From Octopus vulgaris (Eukaryota), in NCBI GenBank assembly GCA_951406725.2, contig OX597821.1, forward strand, positions 45,074,001 through 45,138,000: DNA of 64,000 bases, read 5' to 3'. Shown in pieces: positions 39,850 to 52,269 of the stretch (position 1 is its first letter; every line of letters starts with the position of its first letter). The position numbers and the translations under genes are program-made. The notes beneath the pieces were generated by a model, which saw only the letters and a list, made by a program, of their open reading frames with translations, was not told the DNA's origin and did not search any database.

Positions 39850-40720
39850 ATTGCGTGTATGTGTGATTGCGTGTGTGTGATAGTGTGTGATTGTGTGTGA
39901 TTGAGTGTGCACGAGTACGTGTGTTTGTCTATGTGTTTTGGTGTGGATTGTTCAGGATGACAGAAGCTTAGTTTTGACGTTATTGATTTATATTATCCAT
40001 GTAGCTAGTTTTTATTTCGAAAGCCTTTAATTACTTGTGATTTCCCATTAATTTACGAATGTCATTTACTATATCTATAGACTGAATGCACGTTTTTGCA
40101 CAAGCAATCAAACTGAATATAATTTGGAATGCTGGGAGGTGTATCGTTAAGTAGTGAGAATGTTTTCTGTGTTGTTACGACAATGCCTTGTGTGATTATA
40201 AAGACTTTTACTTTTATAAATGTGTTTTTTATGCCGTTATTGTAGAATTAAAATTTTTTTTTGTGATATATTTAGAAAGATATTTTTATGTGAAGCGTTT
40301 ATTTTTAAATGAATTCTTTTCCAAAGGGACCTGTGTCGTTACGAAGAGAGGAAACGGTAATTTCTGTTTGTATTGATGCCGTTCTAACTGTTGATATCAT
40401 TGTTATTTTTCATGTTAAATCGTATATTTTCCAGAGTATATGTAAATTTGTTAGAGTTTGTATGAATATTTTCAGAACTCTCAGTGTCAATTTAGAATCC
40501 GCTTCCTACAGATTCGTAGTCCTTGGTGACGTTCGCGCGGATGACATTAGCGAAGTGTATGCATCGGGGCGCCGTTAGATGACGATAATAATTTTAATAA
40601 TTCATTGGTAAAAGCCTGGTCCGACTACATGCAATAAAACAAACTCTACGCTAAAAGCGCCAGTGGATCTGGAGATGGCGATAAACATGGCGCTTGGCCC
40701 GCCAAAGGCACCTGAACTCT
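38300..40720 (-). pseudogene. Highly decayed retroelement block: PLE-like GIY-YIG/RT remnants interrupted by an APE-LINE fragment (~39010-40200)
   Basis: Minus-strand KNSKSLGPDKILNIHLK and SYRPLSSL are LINE pre-RT motifs. The flanks show only weak PLE-like words. Confidence 0.45.
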
Positions 40721-41319
40721 ATTGAATTAAGCAGCACAAGACACGTGTAAATGTTAATAGTGCCAAATGCAACGGAAAGTGAAACTAGGAGAGAGATAGA
40801 AAGAGAGAGTGAAGGGAGAGAGAGGAAGAAGTAGAGTGGAAGAGAAGAGAGAGGAAGGGGAGGGAGTGGAATGGAGAGAGAGATCATTACCAACAGCTGT
40901 ATCAAATGAACAGAAAGAAAACAGCGAAAGAAAGAGAGAGAAAGAGAGAGAGAGGGAAAGGGAGAGAGAGAGAGAGATGGGGAAATAATTACTTTTTCCA
41001 TATCAACAGTTAGTAACTGAGAAATAGTTGAAGCAATCTATAAATAAAATCAGTAGTTACCACTTGACAAATGCTTAGCTTTGTGACTAAACAAAAGAAA
41101 TTAAATTTTGTAATTTGCAATTACAAAATATAAAGTCCATGATTGAGGTTTCAGTTCCTAGTTGAAGCAAATCTAACCTCAAGGTCTGCTCGACCAGGGT
41201 TGCCTTGGTGCTGAGTAACAATAACAAGCAGTAATACTTTCGGGAAAACATGCACAATGCAATATTTTGTCTTATTTTCCGGCCACAATTTCTTATTCCA
41301 ACATTATTTCAGTCAAGAT

Positions 41320-41730
41320 AAGGCGGCGAGCTGGCAGGAACGTTAGCATGCCGGGCGAAATGCTTAGCGGTATTTCGTCTGCCGTTACGTTCTGAGTTCA
41401 AATTCCGCCGAGGTCGACTTTGCCTTTCATCCTTTCGGGGTCGATAAATTAAGTACCAGTTACGCACTGGGGTCGATATAATCGACTTAATCTGTTTGTC
41501 TGTCCTTGTTTGTCTCATCTGTGTTTAGCGTCTTGTGGGTAGTAAAGAAATAGGTATTTCGTCTGTCTTTACGGTCTGAGTTTAAATTCCACCGAGGTCG
41601 ACTTTGCCTTTCATCCTTTCGGGGTCGATAAATTAAGTACCAGTTGCGTACTGGGGTCGATCTAATCGATTGGCTCCCCACCCCTCCCCCAAAATTTCGG
41701 GCCTTGTGCCTAGAATAGAAAAGATTATTT
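41320..41730 (+). mobile_element. tRNA-derived SINE (family A) with internal partial duplication
   Basis: The block GGTATTTCGTCTG...GGGGTCGATAAATTAAGTACCAGTT occurs twice. Confidence 0.9.
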
Positions 41731-42611
41731 CAGTCAAAATAGTCAGATGTAGCCGGTAGAAATAAACGAAACACTTAACATATGTGTGGTTGGTGAAAAT
41801 ACACTAAATTTGTAATCACATTGAAAAACGTTGCACTGAGGATCAAAGAGAGAATATTTCTTTAGAAGACGAATTTATAATTTGTTCTCTTGAGAATTGT
41901 GTAGTTATTGTTGTTGATATTAGTGACTGAGTTGACAGAGCTTCTGTTGTTGTTCCTGTTATTGAGTTTTCTTTTGAGGTGGGAGTCAAGAAATATTCTA
42001 ATTTTGTGCTGGAGGTTTGTAAAGCCGATGAAGATTGAACAGGTACAGAATAGGAACATCATTAAAGTTTATTAAAGAGTGAAAAGTAGATTTTTTTCTT
42101 ATTTGTTTCAGTCATTTGGCTGCGGCCATGATGGGGCACCGCCTTGAAGGGTTTTAGTCGAACAAATCGACATAGCGTCAGCAGTACCGTTGTGTAGTAG
42201 TAAATTGCCGGCTGCTGGTTCGATTTCTCACTGGAAAAGCTTCATTTATGTCACTGAGACATTCAGAAAAGTAGAGATGGTCATTTGACCACCACGTCTA
42301 AATAGTAATATACTCCCAACCCGTAAGAAACTAATTACTGTTAAACAGGAATTGTTGCTATTGTCGTTGCTGTTGTTGTTGTTGTTGCAAGATCAGCCAA
42401 GATTTATGATCAAAGATATCAGGCTGTAAGCACCTATCTTAATCTATTATTCATAAGTGTACTTGGGACTATATTATCAGATGCGTTCGTCCTTGTGTTT
42501 AGAATAATAGGGTGTAATTTGAGGGTGATTTAGCTGTTATTTCTTGCAGGTCAGACTATCATGTTGTTGGATCTACTGGAATAAATTCCTGTAAAATAAT
42601 ATCACGTTTTC

Positions 42612-42660
<49 letters not shown>

Positions 42661-42779
42661 ATATATGTATTTCTTCTGTTTGTAATTATTCAAATTCTTC
42701 CTCCGAGGAAGGATCTAGTTTCTAACAAAGATACAAAGATCCATCGTTGAAATGTAGATAATAAAAATAATATCACATT

Positions 42780-43690
42780 TTAAATTTTAGGACAGTTTTG
42801 CATAATTTTACTGTTCCACTTACAGATTGCATTTGTAATGTGCGAGTTAGTTGGTTGGATTCTTTTTCTGAAAACCCCCAACTTATCCAGGTTGTCACTT
42901 GGGCATTTACTCACAAAACTAATGCACCAGTTATCGTTGGTATAAATATGGATTTGTAATCTGGATATAGAAACTGGAGGTTCCTAAGCAGTTGTTCATA
43001 GTTATCCTCTTTCTCTTTGATTTTTAAAGAGATACTCACATCAGCAGGATTGCTGACCTCTACGACGGTACGTAATCTTTCTGGTCTATCCCAAACAATA
43101 CCCGGCCTGTTACGTTTGTACTTGACAAATGTTTTGATGGAAATGTTCCACCAATATTACCTGTGTTGTGTTTGTGTACGTATTCAAAATAAAAGGTGAA
43201 TTCTCTATATTTATTCGAGAGCAGATTTTTTTTCCGAATTGCATTGTATATTGCATTTGCGGCAACATCGTGCCACAAGGGGAGGTAGTACTTTGATTAC
43301 ATTTTTGGGCAGCTACTAATCACATTTGTGATGTCTTCCACAGAAACTACATTTACGGTTGCATCTTGGAGCTCCAAGGGCCTCACTGTCTCTTTTGTTT
43401 ATTAGGTATTTTGTAGAAATCTCCTGTTTTCGGATTGCAAATGCATAGCCTTCAAAATGTGATGCGATGTAGCGGTCAGGAGCCCAAATGAGACAGCATT
43501 TCATGTCGATATTACTGTCATCTTCAAGTATTCGGGAAACATACCCATGCTCACTTATTCGGTATGCTGGGCGTTTCACATCCAACTTTAAGGTATATTA
43601 GTCCAGCAGTTAGTTTTGCGGTTGTATGGAAGGTCATCAGGTAGAGAGTGCTTCTTGGGGAGCTCGCTGCTGACACGTCGGATATTGAAA
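42780..43690 (-). mobile_element. REL-endonuclease non-LTR retrotransposon 3' remnant (second R4-like family)
   Basis: HGYVSRILE...SHFEGYAFAIRKQEISTKYLINKR...KCSFC, HDVAANAIY, and downstream PD..E.S motifs. Confidence 0.75.
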
Positions 43691-43998
43691 CGTCTGTCTG
43701 TTTGTCTGTGTGTGTGTATTTTTGTATGTGTATGTGTATATATAGTAATTTACAAAACCGGAATTTTATTCAGGAAATAATGTTCATGGTGATACAAGTG
43801 AAATGCTTGGTGACATGAAAGGAAGAGCAAGGCTGTGTAATGTGGCGGTACTGGATGAAAGATTTGTGTTTCAGTGGGAGCAGGCTAAGGGTACAAGCTG
43901 TCCGTAGTGAAAGAGGAATGAACTAAGGCTAAGAATGTTGCGCATTTATTGTCGCATCTGAAGGAAGATAGATAAATAGATAGTTATATATATATATG

Positions 43999-44400
43999 AA
44001 ATCAAAATAATCAACAAGGATATCCAGAGGTAATGCAGTACGATCGTTTCATGCGACTCCATTTAATTGAACAATGCAATCATTTCATTACATCAATTTA
44101 AAATGTAGAGCAATCTTCTGTTGCACAAAGACATAGAATTTAATTAAATTAGGACACAGTATAAATTTACCTAAAATCTCCAAGAGGATGCAACTGAAGT
44201 TTGCTCTACATTTTAAATTGATGTAATGAAATGATTGCATTGTTCAATTAAATGGAGTCGCATGAAACGATCGTACTGCATTACCTCTGGATATTCTTGT
44301 TGCTTATTTTGATTTTAATCACCTAATTTTGAAATAGTATGGATAATACCGTACTAAATTCTGGTGCCTCAACTTAAGTACCATATTCATCTGAATTTAT
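43999..44400. mobile_element. Fold-back Penelope-like element, diverged family 1 (arms 43999-44125 / 44189-44315)
   Basis: Inverted arms with a ~63-bp spacer. Shares TCTTGTTGCTTATTTTGATT and the AATTCTGGTGC...TAAGTACCATATT tail with the 16 kb and 30 kb copies. (TA)n flanks. Confidence 0.85.
44188..44281 (+). ncRNA. Hammerhead ribozyme, one core substitution per arm (consensus CUGAAGA)
   Basis: AUGCAA, CUGAAGU (44194-44200), UUGC...GCAU, GAAA (44264-44267), CGAUCG, UA, CUGCAU. The left arm reads CAGAAGA. Confidence 0.65.
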
Positions 44401-44407
44401 ATATATA

Positions 44408-44803
44408 CTAGCAGTATCGCCCGGCGTTGCTCGGGTTTGTAAGGGAAATAATTATATAAGCATTTTTAGAGATGTAAAGTATAATAGCCATCTCAATATG
44501 GCTAACCACAAAGGGGGAGGGGTGTTACTGTAGCTTTTTACGTTCTGAGATTTAATAATAAATTTTAGAGAGTTACTTCCCTTATATATGTCAAAAATGG
44601 ATTAAAAATGGGAAAAATTGATGGTAAATTTTTTTTTAAATCGTAGACTCATCGTAGACGCGCGCTAATACCCAGACGGTCTCGATATGAATCACGACTA
44701 TAAGATACCCGGTTTTGGTTAAACTGCACCGCAAAATGTGGGAGTAGTTAGGAATGTAAATCGTAGGAGACAGACACACAACCTCACTTTTATATATAAA
44801 GAT
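44408..44803 (+). mobile_element. Helentron-associated (HINE/DINE-like) non-autonomous element
   Basis: CTAGCAGTATCGCCCGGCGTTGCTCGGG 5' palindrome and ...CAGACACACA...TTTTATATATAAAGAT end. Second copy at 54381-54881. Confidence 0.65.
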
Positions 44804-44903
44804 TTCCTCTATTTACATAATATTGAGGTCTCTTTCTTTCTTTTGTTATCTTACTGTTTTTACCAATATACATATATATATATATATATATAAATATATA
44901 TAT

Positions 44904-45227
44904 AGTTACAGAGATGTACTTGCATAGCAAGTGACTTGATCTGAGATCGTGTGCTGGAACGAAAACAGTTGCAGCGTTGAAGGTGTTTATAAGCCATTTA
45001 AGAAACACACAAAAACCGTTAGATTCACTTCAACATTTAAATTTAATTTGTCAAAATATTTTCGTCGCTTTGAGACTGCGACCTGTTAGCACAATATTTT
45101 TGTCAGTGAACAGGTCGCGGTCTCAAAGCGACGAAAATATTTTGGCAAATTAAATTTAAATGTTGAAGTGAATGTAACGGTTTTTGTGTGTTTCTTAAAT
45201 GGCTTACAAACACCTTCCACGCTGCAA
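44904..45227. mobile_element. Fold-back hammerhead element, family 4 (arms 44969-45087 / 45109-45227)
   Basis: 119-bp inverted arms, 21-bp spacer, (TA)n on both sides. Confidence 0.85.
45099..45149 (+). ncRNA. Type I hammerhead ribozyme, G3-C8 core variant
   Basis: Stem I UUUGUCA/UGGCAAA (UGACAAA in the other arm). GUGAACA 45106-45112 plus one extra G. Stem II GUCGC/GCGAC. GAAA 45133-45136 within palindrome AAAAUAUUUU. UUU triplet. Confidence 0.65.
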
Positions 45228-45245
45228 TATATATATACACACATA

Positions 45246-45276
<31 letters not shown>

Positions 45277-45565
45277 GTGTATATGTGTATGCATGTATGT
45301 GTGTGTGTGTGCGTGTCTGTGCTTGTGATTGTCCTCCACCACTGCTTGACAACGAATGTTGGTTTGTTTACACCCCTGTCACCTAGTGGTTTGACAAAGG
45401 AAACAGATAGAATAAGTACAATGCTTACAAAAATAAAACTGGAGTTGATTCATTAAACTACAATTCTTCAAGGCATTACCCCAGCATGGCCACAGACCAA
45501 TGGCTGGAAAAAGCAGAAGAATAAAAGAATACATTCTCTGCTTTGGTCTTATGTTCACCCTCACA

Positions 45566-45604
<39 letters not shown>

Positions 45605-45702
45605 TCACACACACGCACGTTAGCTTACAATTTTATTTATATATTTGCGTGTGTATGTGTGGAAAGAGGAAGTGGGAGGCAGAGTGAAAGAATCACTCAC
45701 TA

Positions 45703-45895
45703 CAGTAAGAAAAGCATTTGACACACACACCAGAATGTGAGTTTTCTGTAAATTTTGCTTAATTGAGAATTACTTTCGTTTTATTCGTTGCCCACTGTGT
45801 GTGTGCGTTTGCGTGTGGTGTAAACCAGACTAAGAAAAGCATTTGACACACACACCAGAATGTGAGTTTTCTGTAATGTGTATTTTGCTTAATTG
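45703..45895 (+). repeat. Local ~60-bp duplication (TAAGAAAAGCATTTGACACACACACCAGAATGTGAGTTTTCTGTAA)
   Basis: Copies at ~45706 and ~45831. Confidence 0.85.
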
Positions 45896-46040
45896 GAGTT
45901 TAAATTTTAAAAACTGGACCTGGCATGACGCGATGCATTGTACTCTTAAAACTGCTAGGTAAATTGTAATTGAAGAAATCCTATATTGTAGATTTGTATA
46001 ACTCCCAAAGGGAGGCAGATAAAATCTGCCTTTTATAATA

Positions 46041-46099
<59 letters not shown>

Positions 46100-46143
46100 T
46101 AGAAAGTTATATATATATATATATATATAGATAGATAGAAAGT

Positions 46144-46183
<40 letters not shown>

Positions 46184-47019
46184 ATGAGCTTAGTGGAAAT
46201 GTAGAAAGTAGCGGGATCAGATATAAGGACGGCATGTTGGATAGATAAGATAGTAGGATGGAAGATAAACGAAAAGGAATATCAATTAAGTATAGGGTGG
46301 ATAGAAGACACGAGGATGAAGATGCATTCGACAATGTAAGAGAAAAGGAAGGCAATATAACCAGGTTGTGTGACGTGGCAGACATTTTGGATCCAACCGG
46401 GCATCTAAGTCGGAATCATGTCTATAAAGGTAAGGCAGGGAAGGAATTGCGAAAGCGGATAATCTAACAGATTTCGTGTAAATGAAGAGAGACGAAGTTA
46501 GAAGTAGAAATCAGGGTTTGTTGTTGCTGTTGTTGTAAAGCTTCAGATCAGTCCTAGCACACAAGTAGCCGGAAGAATGAGGAGGTGCAATCCATAGGCC
46601 CATCATCCGTCTTGGCAGTTCAGCCATGTCTTCGTCTAACCTAGGGGTCTACTGCACATAGCGATATTAAGCGATGAATCATATAGGGTGTAGTGTGGTA
46701 GTTTGGACATAGTTTGCACTCGTTCCACTTTCCCTTCTGTTCCGATGGAAGTCAGAGCATGATAGTTGCTGCTCCTCTGCATTTATTGGTTGTGGTGAGC
46801 AGCTCAAGTCATTGTGTTCTTTCTGTTTGTCCAATTTGTATGGAAGGGATAGTGTTTCTAGCATGTTGTTACAATAGTTCTGCGGATGCTGCATATATAT
46901 CTGCGAGTTTGGGAGTGACTTTTTACGTTGTGACAGGGACTGTGGGAGTTAAAACCAACAGCAGAAACGCTGGCCAGCTGATCTTTCAATTTTAGCATTT
47001 TTGTTTCGCTGTGCATGTA

Positions 47020-47700
47020 GACTATATTGAATTATTTTGTGTTCTTTGTAGTTTAAAATGGAGAGAATGAATGCCCAGGCTGGACTATTATTATCTGTAA
47101 TTAATCTGGGTTTGTAAAAGAACGAAGGAAAGAAGTTGGTATGGTCAGTATAGACGATGTGCAGAGAAATAACAAAATGGTAGATCTGAAGTTTAGGGCA
47201 GGATGAAAGAGGTCGACAAAAGGAATAAAGTCGTTGAACAGTTTGCAGGTAAGGGGTGGCACCGACATTGTCGTTAATGTAACAACCGTATCGCCCTTTG
47301 GAAAGTTCGGTGAATTAAGGTTCAAGCCTTAAGATATCCAACAAAGAAGTTGTTGTAGTTGAAGCACATTCTAGTTCTCATGAATAAATCAATAACCTGT
47401 TGGTAGAAGCCCAAGGATAAAGAAAAAAACGGTAAGGAGGAGTTCAATTAGAACAGCAGATAATTTTGGTAACTAAATGTAGGGATTCCAGCATTTTTTA
47501 GTAAAGAATGGAAACGAACCAGTCTGTATTCAGCCATAATATCACAAAGTTTCGGCAGTGTTTTCTTACTTTAGACAATACAGTTTCGTTGAACGTTATT
47601 CAGCACAACCTTCAAATTCTTTCCATTTGCCTGGACTCGCAATAGTCTTAGAAGTACTAGTCGAGACAACATGTGTAAAGCTTATTCATAATGTTTAAAG
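47020..47700 (-). pseudogene. Penelope-like reverse transcriptase remnant
   Basis: Minus-strand ELLLT...FYQQV....MRTRM...Y...FVGYL and FIPFVDLFHPALNF are PLE RT-like motifs. Confidence 0.65.
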
Positions 47701-49030
47701 ACTTATAATTTAGAGTGTGTTTTCATTCTAAGCTATTAAGTTGACTTCTAAAATTCATGTTTTTTGTGGAACGTTAACATTTTGTACCAGTGTCCTACAG
47801 ATATGTGCGTGGCAAGTAAATTCCAACTACTTGAAAGACTCAGTGAAAGAACAGAAATACAGATCATAAAGAGAAAAAATAAGAAAGTGACATTAATACA
47901 GGTCAAACAGAAATCAGCATATAGAAACAATAGAATTTGGAATTGTTTAAATTCTTATGCACAAATGAAATTATTTATAACCTCGTAAATAATGAAGAGT
48001 AATTTCAATGTAAAATTAACAGTGATAGTTAATAAGGAGTCGAAGAAACTTCAGCCAAAGATAATAAGAAACTCTACAAAGTTTCTCCTTCTTGAAAAAT
48101 CTGAGATTTGAAACCAAATTAATGATGCAACAGAAGGATTAATACTGGAGTTTAATATAATTGAAAAGGTTCATTGAATATCGACTTATTGATTTCTTAT
48201 GTCCAATCACACGAATAATTGTTACAAAGAAAAGATTAATAATTGATCTGCAGAGGGATTGATTCCTCTAAATATAATCAATAGATTATATTATATGTAG
48301 ATTAGTGAAGACAGCTGACCTATATGTCGGTGACCGATGAGCTGACCTCAAGTAAAAACAAATCAAATCTGGACTAGGAAATGTAATTTTATTTTTTGTG
48401 ACTGAGACTGTAGTGGAAGAACAGTACATATGACCTTTAGTAGTGCATCATCCAGGGCTTGTGGGAAGGAGAGAGGAAGTTATACTTGAAACAATGAGGA
48501 CTCGGTTAACGACACCTAGGGGTCAGGTGGTGTTGTTGTTAAATATAGCAAGAGATTAAGTGTATCCCCTGAGGACAGAAGCGATCCCTACATACAGAAT
48601 TTTTTGGGTGACTTTCAGTGATTTCAGGGAAATATCCTTGTTTTTTTTTTCTAGTAGATTGAATGATACTACGTAAGGGCCCTTTCATTGTTTTGTCAAA
48701 TGACACAAAGGAATTGTTCACAAAACAGAGTTAGAGATGATCAGTGTATATAAAAATAGAAGGAACGTAGTAACGCTGATTAATGAATATCGATAATATG
48801 GCTGAACCCAAATAATTCAGAGGAACGTTTCGCATGCTAAATATACATACAATAAAATATGACAAGAGTGAGGTGAAGAACTTATATTAAATGAAATTAT
48901 TCTTGAAATTAGAAGACAAAAACAACAAATAGCAGCATCAGTAGTTTCTCTCAATTTTTAAATAAAATAATCTCTTAACAGTTGTAACTTACTTTCCCAA
49001 CTGTCGAAGCATAGCTATAATATATATATG

Positions 49031-49188
<158 letters not shown>

Positions 49189-49199
49189 ATGTGTGTATA

Positions 49200-50100
49200 T
49201 GTTATTTAGAGATAGTAGTCCCCACCATCACACCATATAAAAGAATTTTGATTTAATACTTACTACTCATTTCTCTGCTACACGTGTTTCTTGAGGTTCT
49301 TTTACGGTTCCTTAATCACGCAGTGTTTTACAGGAACCTTTCTTAAAATGTAACCCCAATCATCAGGCCTCTAAATAACTTTATCATAGTTCGATACCAA
49401 ATATTATATTTTAATTTTAACAGATAAGTATGTGTAAATAGGTTACGTTACTCTTAAGTTATTAAGCTCTAATTTTTACTTTGTAAATTTTTAAATTTTA
49501 TCATTTGTAAATTTTCTTTCTGCATTTTGTCATTCGTACTTTTGTATGTCCACTTAGTTTTTTATTCGAATATATTTATTTGTCATTGCTTTCATTATTA
49601 TATCATCACAAGTATATATTTTATTTTTATTTTTACCCCTACATATTATTAATTTTATATGAATGTTTACAGACATAGGTTACGTGAGAATTTAGTTTTT
49701 GTAAATTTCTTATTTTCTATTTTTTATTTTTATTAACATAATTTGAATTAAATTATGGCTTGCACAGTAAGGTCCGGCGAACCTATTTACGCATACGCAT
49801 ACTTATCTATTAAAATTAAAATATAGTATTTGGTATCGAACTATGATAAAGTTATTTAGAGACCTGATGTTTGGGGTTACATTTTAAGAAAGGTTCCTGT
49901 AAAACACTGCATGCTTAAGGAACTGTAATAGAACCCCAAGAAACACGTGTAGCAGAGAAATGAGTTGTAAGTATTAAATTAAAATTCTTTTATATGGTGT
50001 GATGATGGAGACTACTATCTCTAAAAAACATATATATTTCCTCATGGAGAATAATTTGAACCCCTGTGATACCGGAATTTTTATTCCCTAATAAATAAAA
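49200..50100. mobile_element. Fold-back hammerhead element, family 5 (arms ~49200-49444 / 49780-50030)
   Basis: ~245-bp inverted arms, ~335-bp spacer, tail, long (TA)n on both sides. Confidence 0.85.
49267..49378 (-). ncRNA. Type I hammerhead ribozyme with long stem II
   Basis: Minus strand GC, CUGAUGA (49366-49360), UUGGGGUU...AACCUCAA, GAAA, CACGUG, UA, GC. Stem I is interrupted by an internal loop. The right-arm copy (~49852-49962) has CUGAUGU. Confidence 0.7.
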
Positions 50101-50125
50101 TAAAATATATATATATATATAATAT

Positions 50126-50208
<83 letters not shown>

Positions 50209-50346
50209 TATATTAACATACATATATATATATCTATATCTATATATATAAATATATGTTCCTCTGAAGTATTTGCTTTCAACCATATTATCGATATTCA
50301 TTAATCAGCGTTTTGTCATTTGACAAAATAATGAAGGAGCCTTTAC

Positions 50347-50422
<76 letters not shown>

Positions 50423-50645
50423 TAAAATCTAATACAAGGAAAAGCAGTTTCCTTTATAGGGATGGGAAAACATCCAATTTTCCACTGGTTTTTCAGTAAA
50501 CACTTAATATGGCAAAGGAAACCTTTCACAACTCAAAAGGGTATATATTCAATATACAAAAATTAATTTTGTTTTACTTTTTGCATTTATATACAGCACA
50601 GCCACAGCTTCAGAGCTGAAACGTATAAAGAATAAAAGAATAAAA

Positions 50646-50701
<56 letters not shown>

Positions 50702-50706
50702 ATACA

Positions 50707-50792
<86 letters not shown>

Positions 50793-50875
50793 TATATATA
50801 TACACACAAATACATATATATATAATATAATATAATATAATATAATATAATATAATATAATATAATAATAATAAT

Positions 50876-50941
<66 letters not shown>

Positions 50942-51352
50942 GTGTGTGCGTGAAATGTAAAAATAGAATGGACTGCCGATAGCTATATATTTCTTCGAAC
51001 TCTCTGATTATTCTCTTCTTTCTATCTGGAAGAGGAATTTTCTCTCTGACACGGTTTTGTTTTCATTTAAATAGGTCACCTTACTTATTTGGCTTAACTC
51101 TTCACCTACATTGCTCAAAGGTTTTCGTAAATATTTACCTCATTTATAGATTTATTCAGTACAACGAAGAAATTTAATTTCCAGGCTTGTTTGACATTTG
51201 TACTCTTTTTATGAAATGCCAGAATCGTACTTGAAAAAGGAGCATAGAATAATAAGGCATTTACTCCACGTTAAATACATGGAGTTCTAAACGTTGCTTA
51301 TGTTATGATCAACAAGCCACACCTCGCAAATATATGTATGTGTGTGTATCTC

Positions 51353-51406
<54 letters not shown>

Positions 51407-51580
51407 TCTCTCTTTACGCTTTTACTTGTTTCAGTAAACATTACAGCCAACGATTCTAGTCAACGCACAAGACAGCCATTATGTTTCCACACACAAAACA
51501 CCACCACGTGGACTCTGTTGAGACAAGTAAGAAATAATTATGAACTTTTCTTTTATTATACTTAACTTTTAAAAATATAT

Positions 51581-51628
51581 ATTTTTGATAAGGTTCGTTT
51601 TTTCAAGAAGAACCGAAACATGTAAAAT
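51581..51628 (+). ncRNA. Type I hammerhead ribozyme, U3-A8 core variant
   Basis: Stem I AUUU/AAAU. UUGAUAA 51585-51591. Stem II GGUUC/GAACC. GAAA 51615-51618, palindromic CAUG, GUA (cut after 51624). Downstream ATTTTCAAAC(C)TTCTTT is shared with the 32.1 kb element. Confidence 0.7.
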
Positions 51629-51676
51629 CTCTCAGAAAATTAAAATATAATGACATTTTCAAACTTCTTTTTAATA

Positions 51677-51714
<38 letters not shown>

Positions 51715-51740
51715 AGTATGCACATAAATGTATTCATATA

Positions 51741-51780
<40 letters not shown>

Positions 51781-51806
51781 AGTATGCACATAAATGTATT
51801 CATATA

Positions 51807-51860
<54 letters not shown>

Positions 51861-52269
51861 TATATGGGTACAAGGCGTCACAAAACGTAAACAATATGAA
51901 TTACGAAATACGTAGGCAAACTTGGGTATGCGATCATCGACAGGAACAAATGGAAAACAAGACAAGTGACATAAAGAACGACCCTTCATAAGTTGTCGGC
52001 TGTTCCTCTACTCCACATTTCGAGCAATTAACGACAAAATGAGGCTTCGAAAAACAGTTGCTCCCGCGAACCAAAATGAAATTTGGGATTTGCGGCGGAC
52101 TGTCGTTAATTGCTCGAAATGTGGAGTAGATGAACAACCGACAACTGATGAAAGGTCGTTCTTTATGTTTCTTGTCTTGTTTTCCATGTGTTTCTGTCGT
52201 TGTTCGCATACCCAAGTTTTCCTTCGTATTTCATGTAGTTTACGTTTTGTGACGTCATGTACCCATATA
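51861..52269. mobile_element. Fold-back element, family 6 (arms 51861-52036 / 52101-52269), hammerhead only partial
   Basis: ~170-bp inverted arms, 64-bp spacer. On the minus strand a GAGCAA/UUGCUC stem precedes GAAA, but there is no intact 5' core. Confidence 0.75.
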
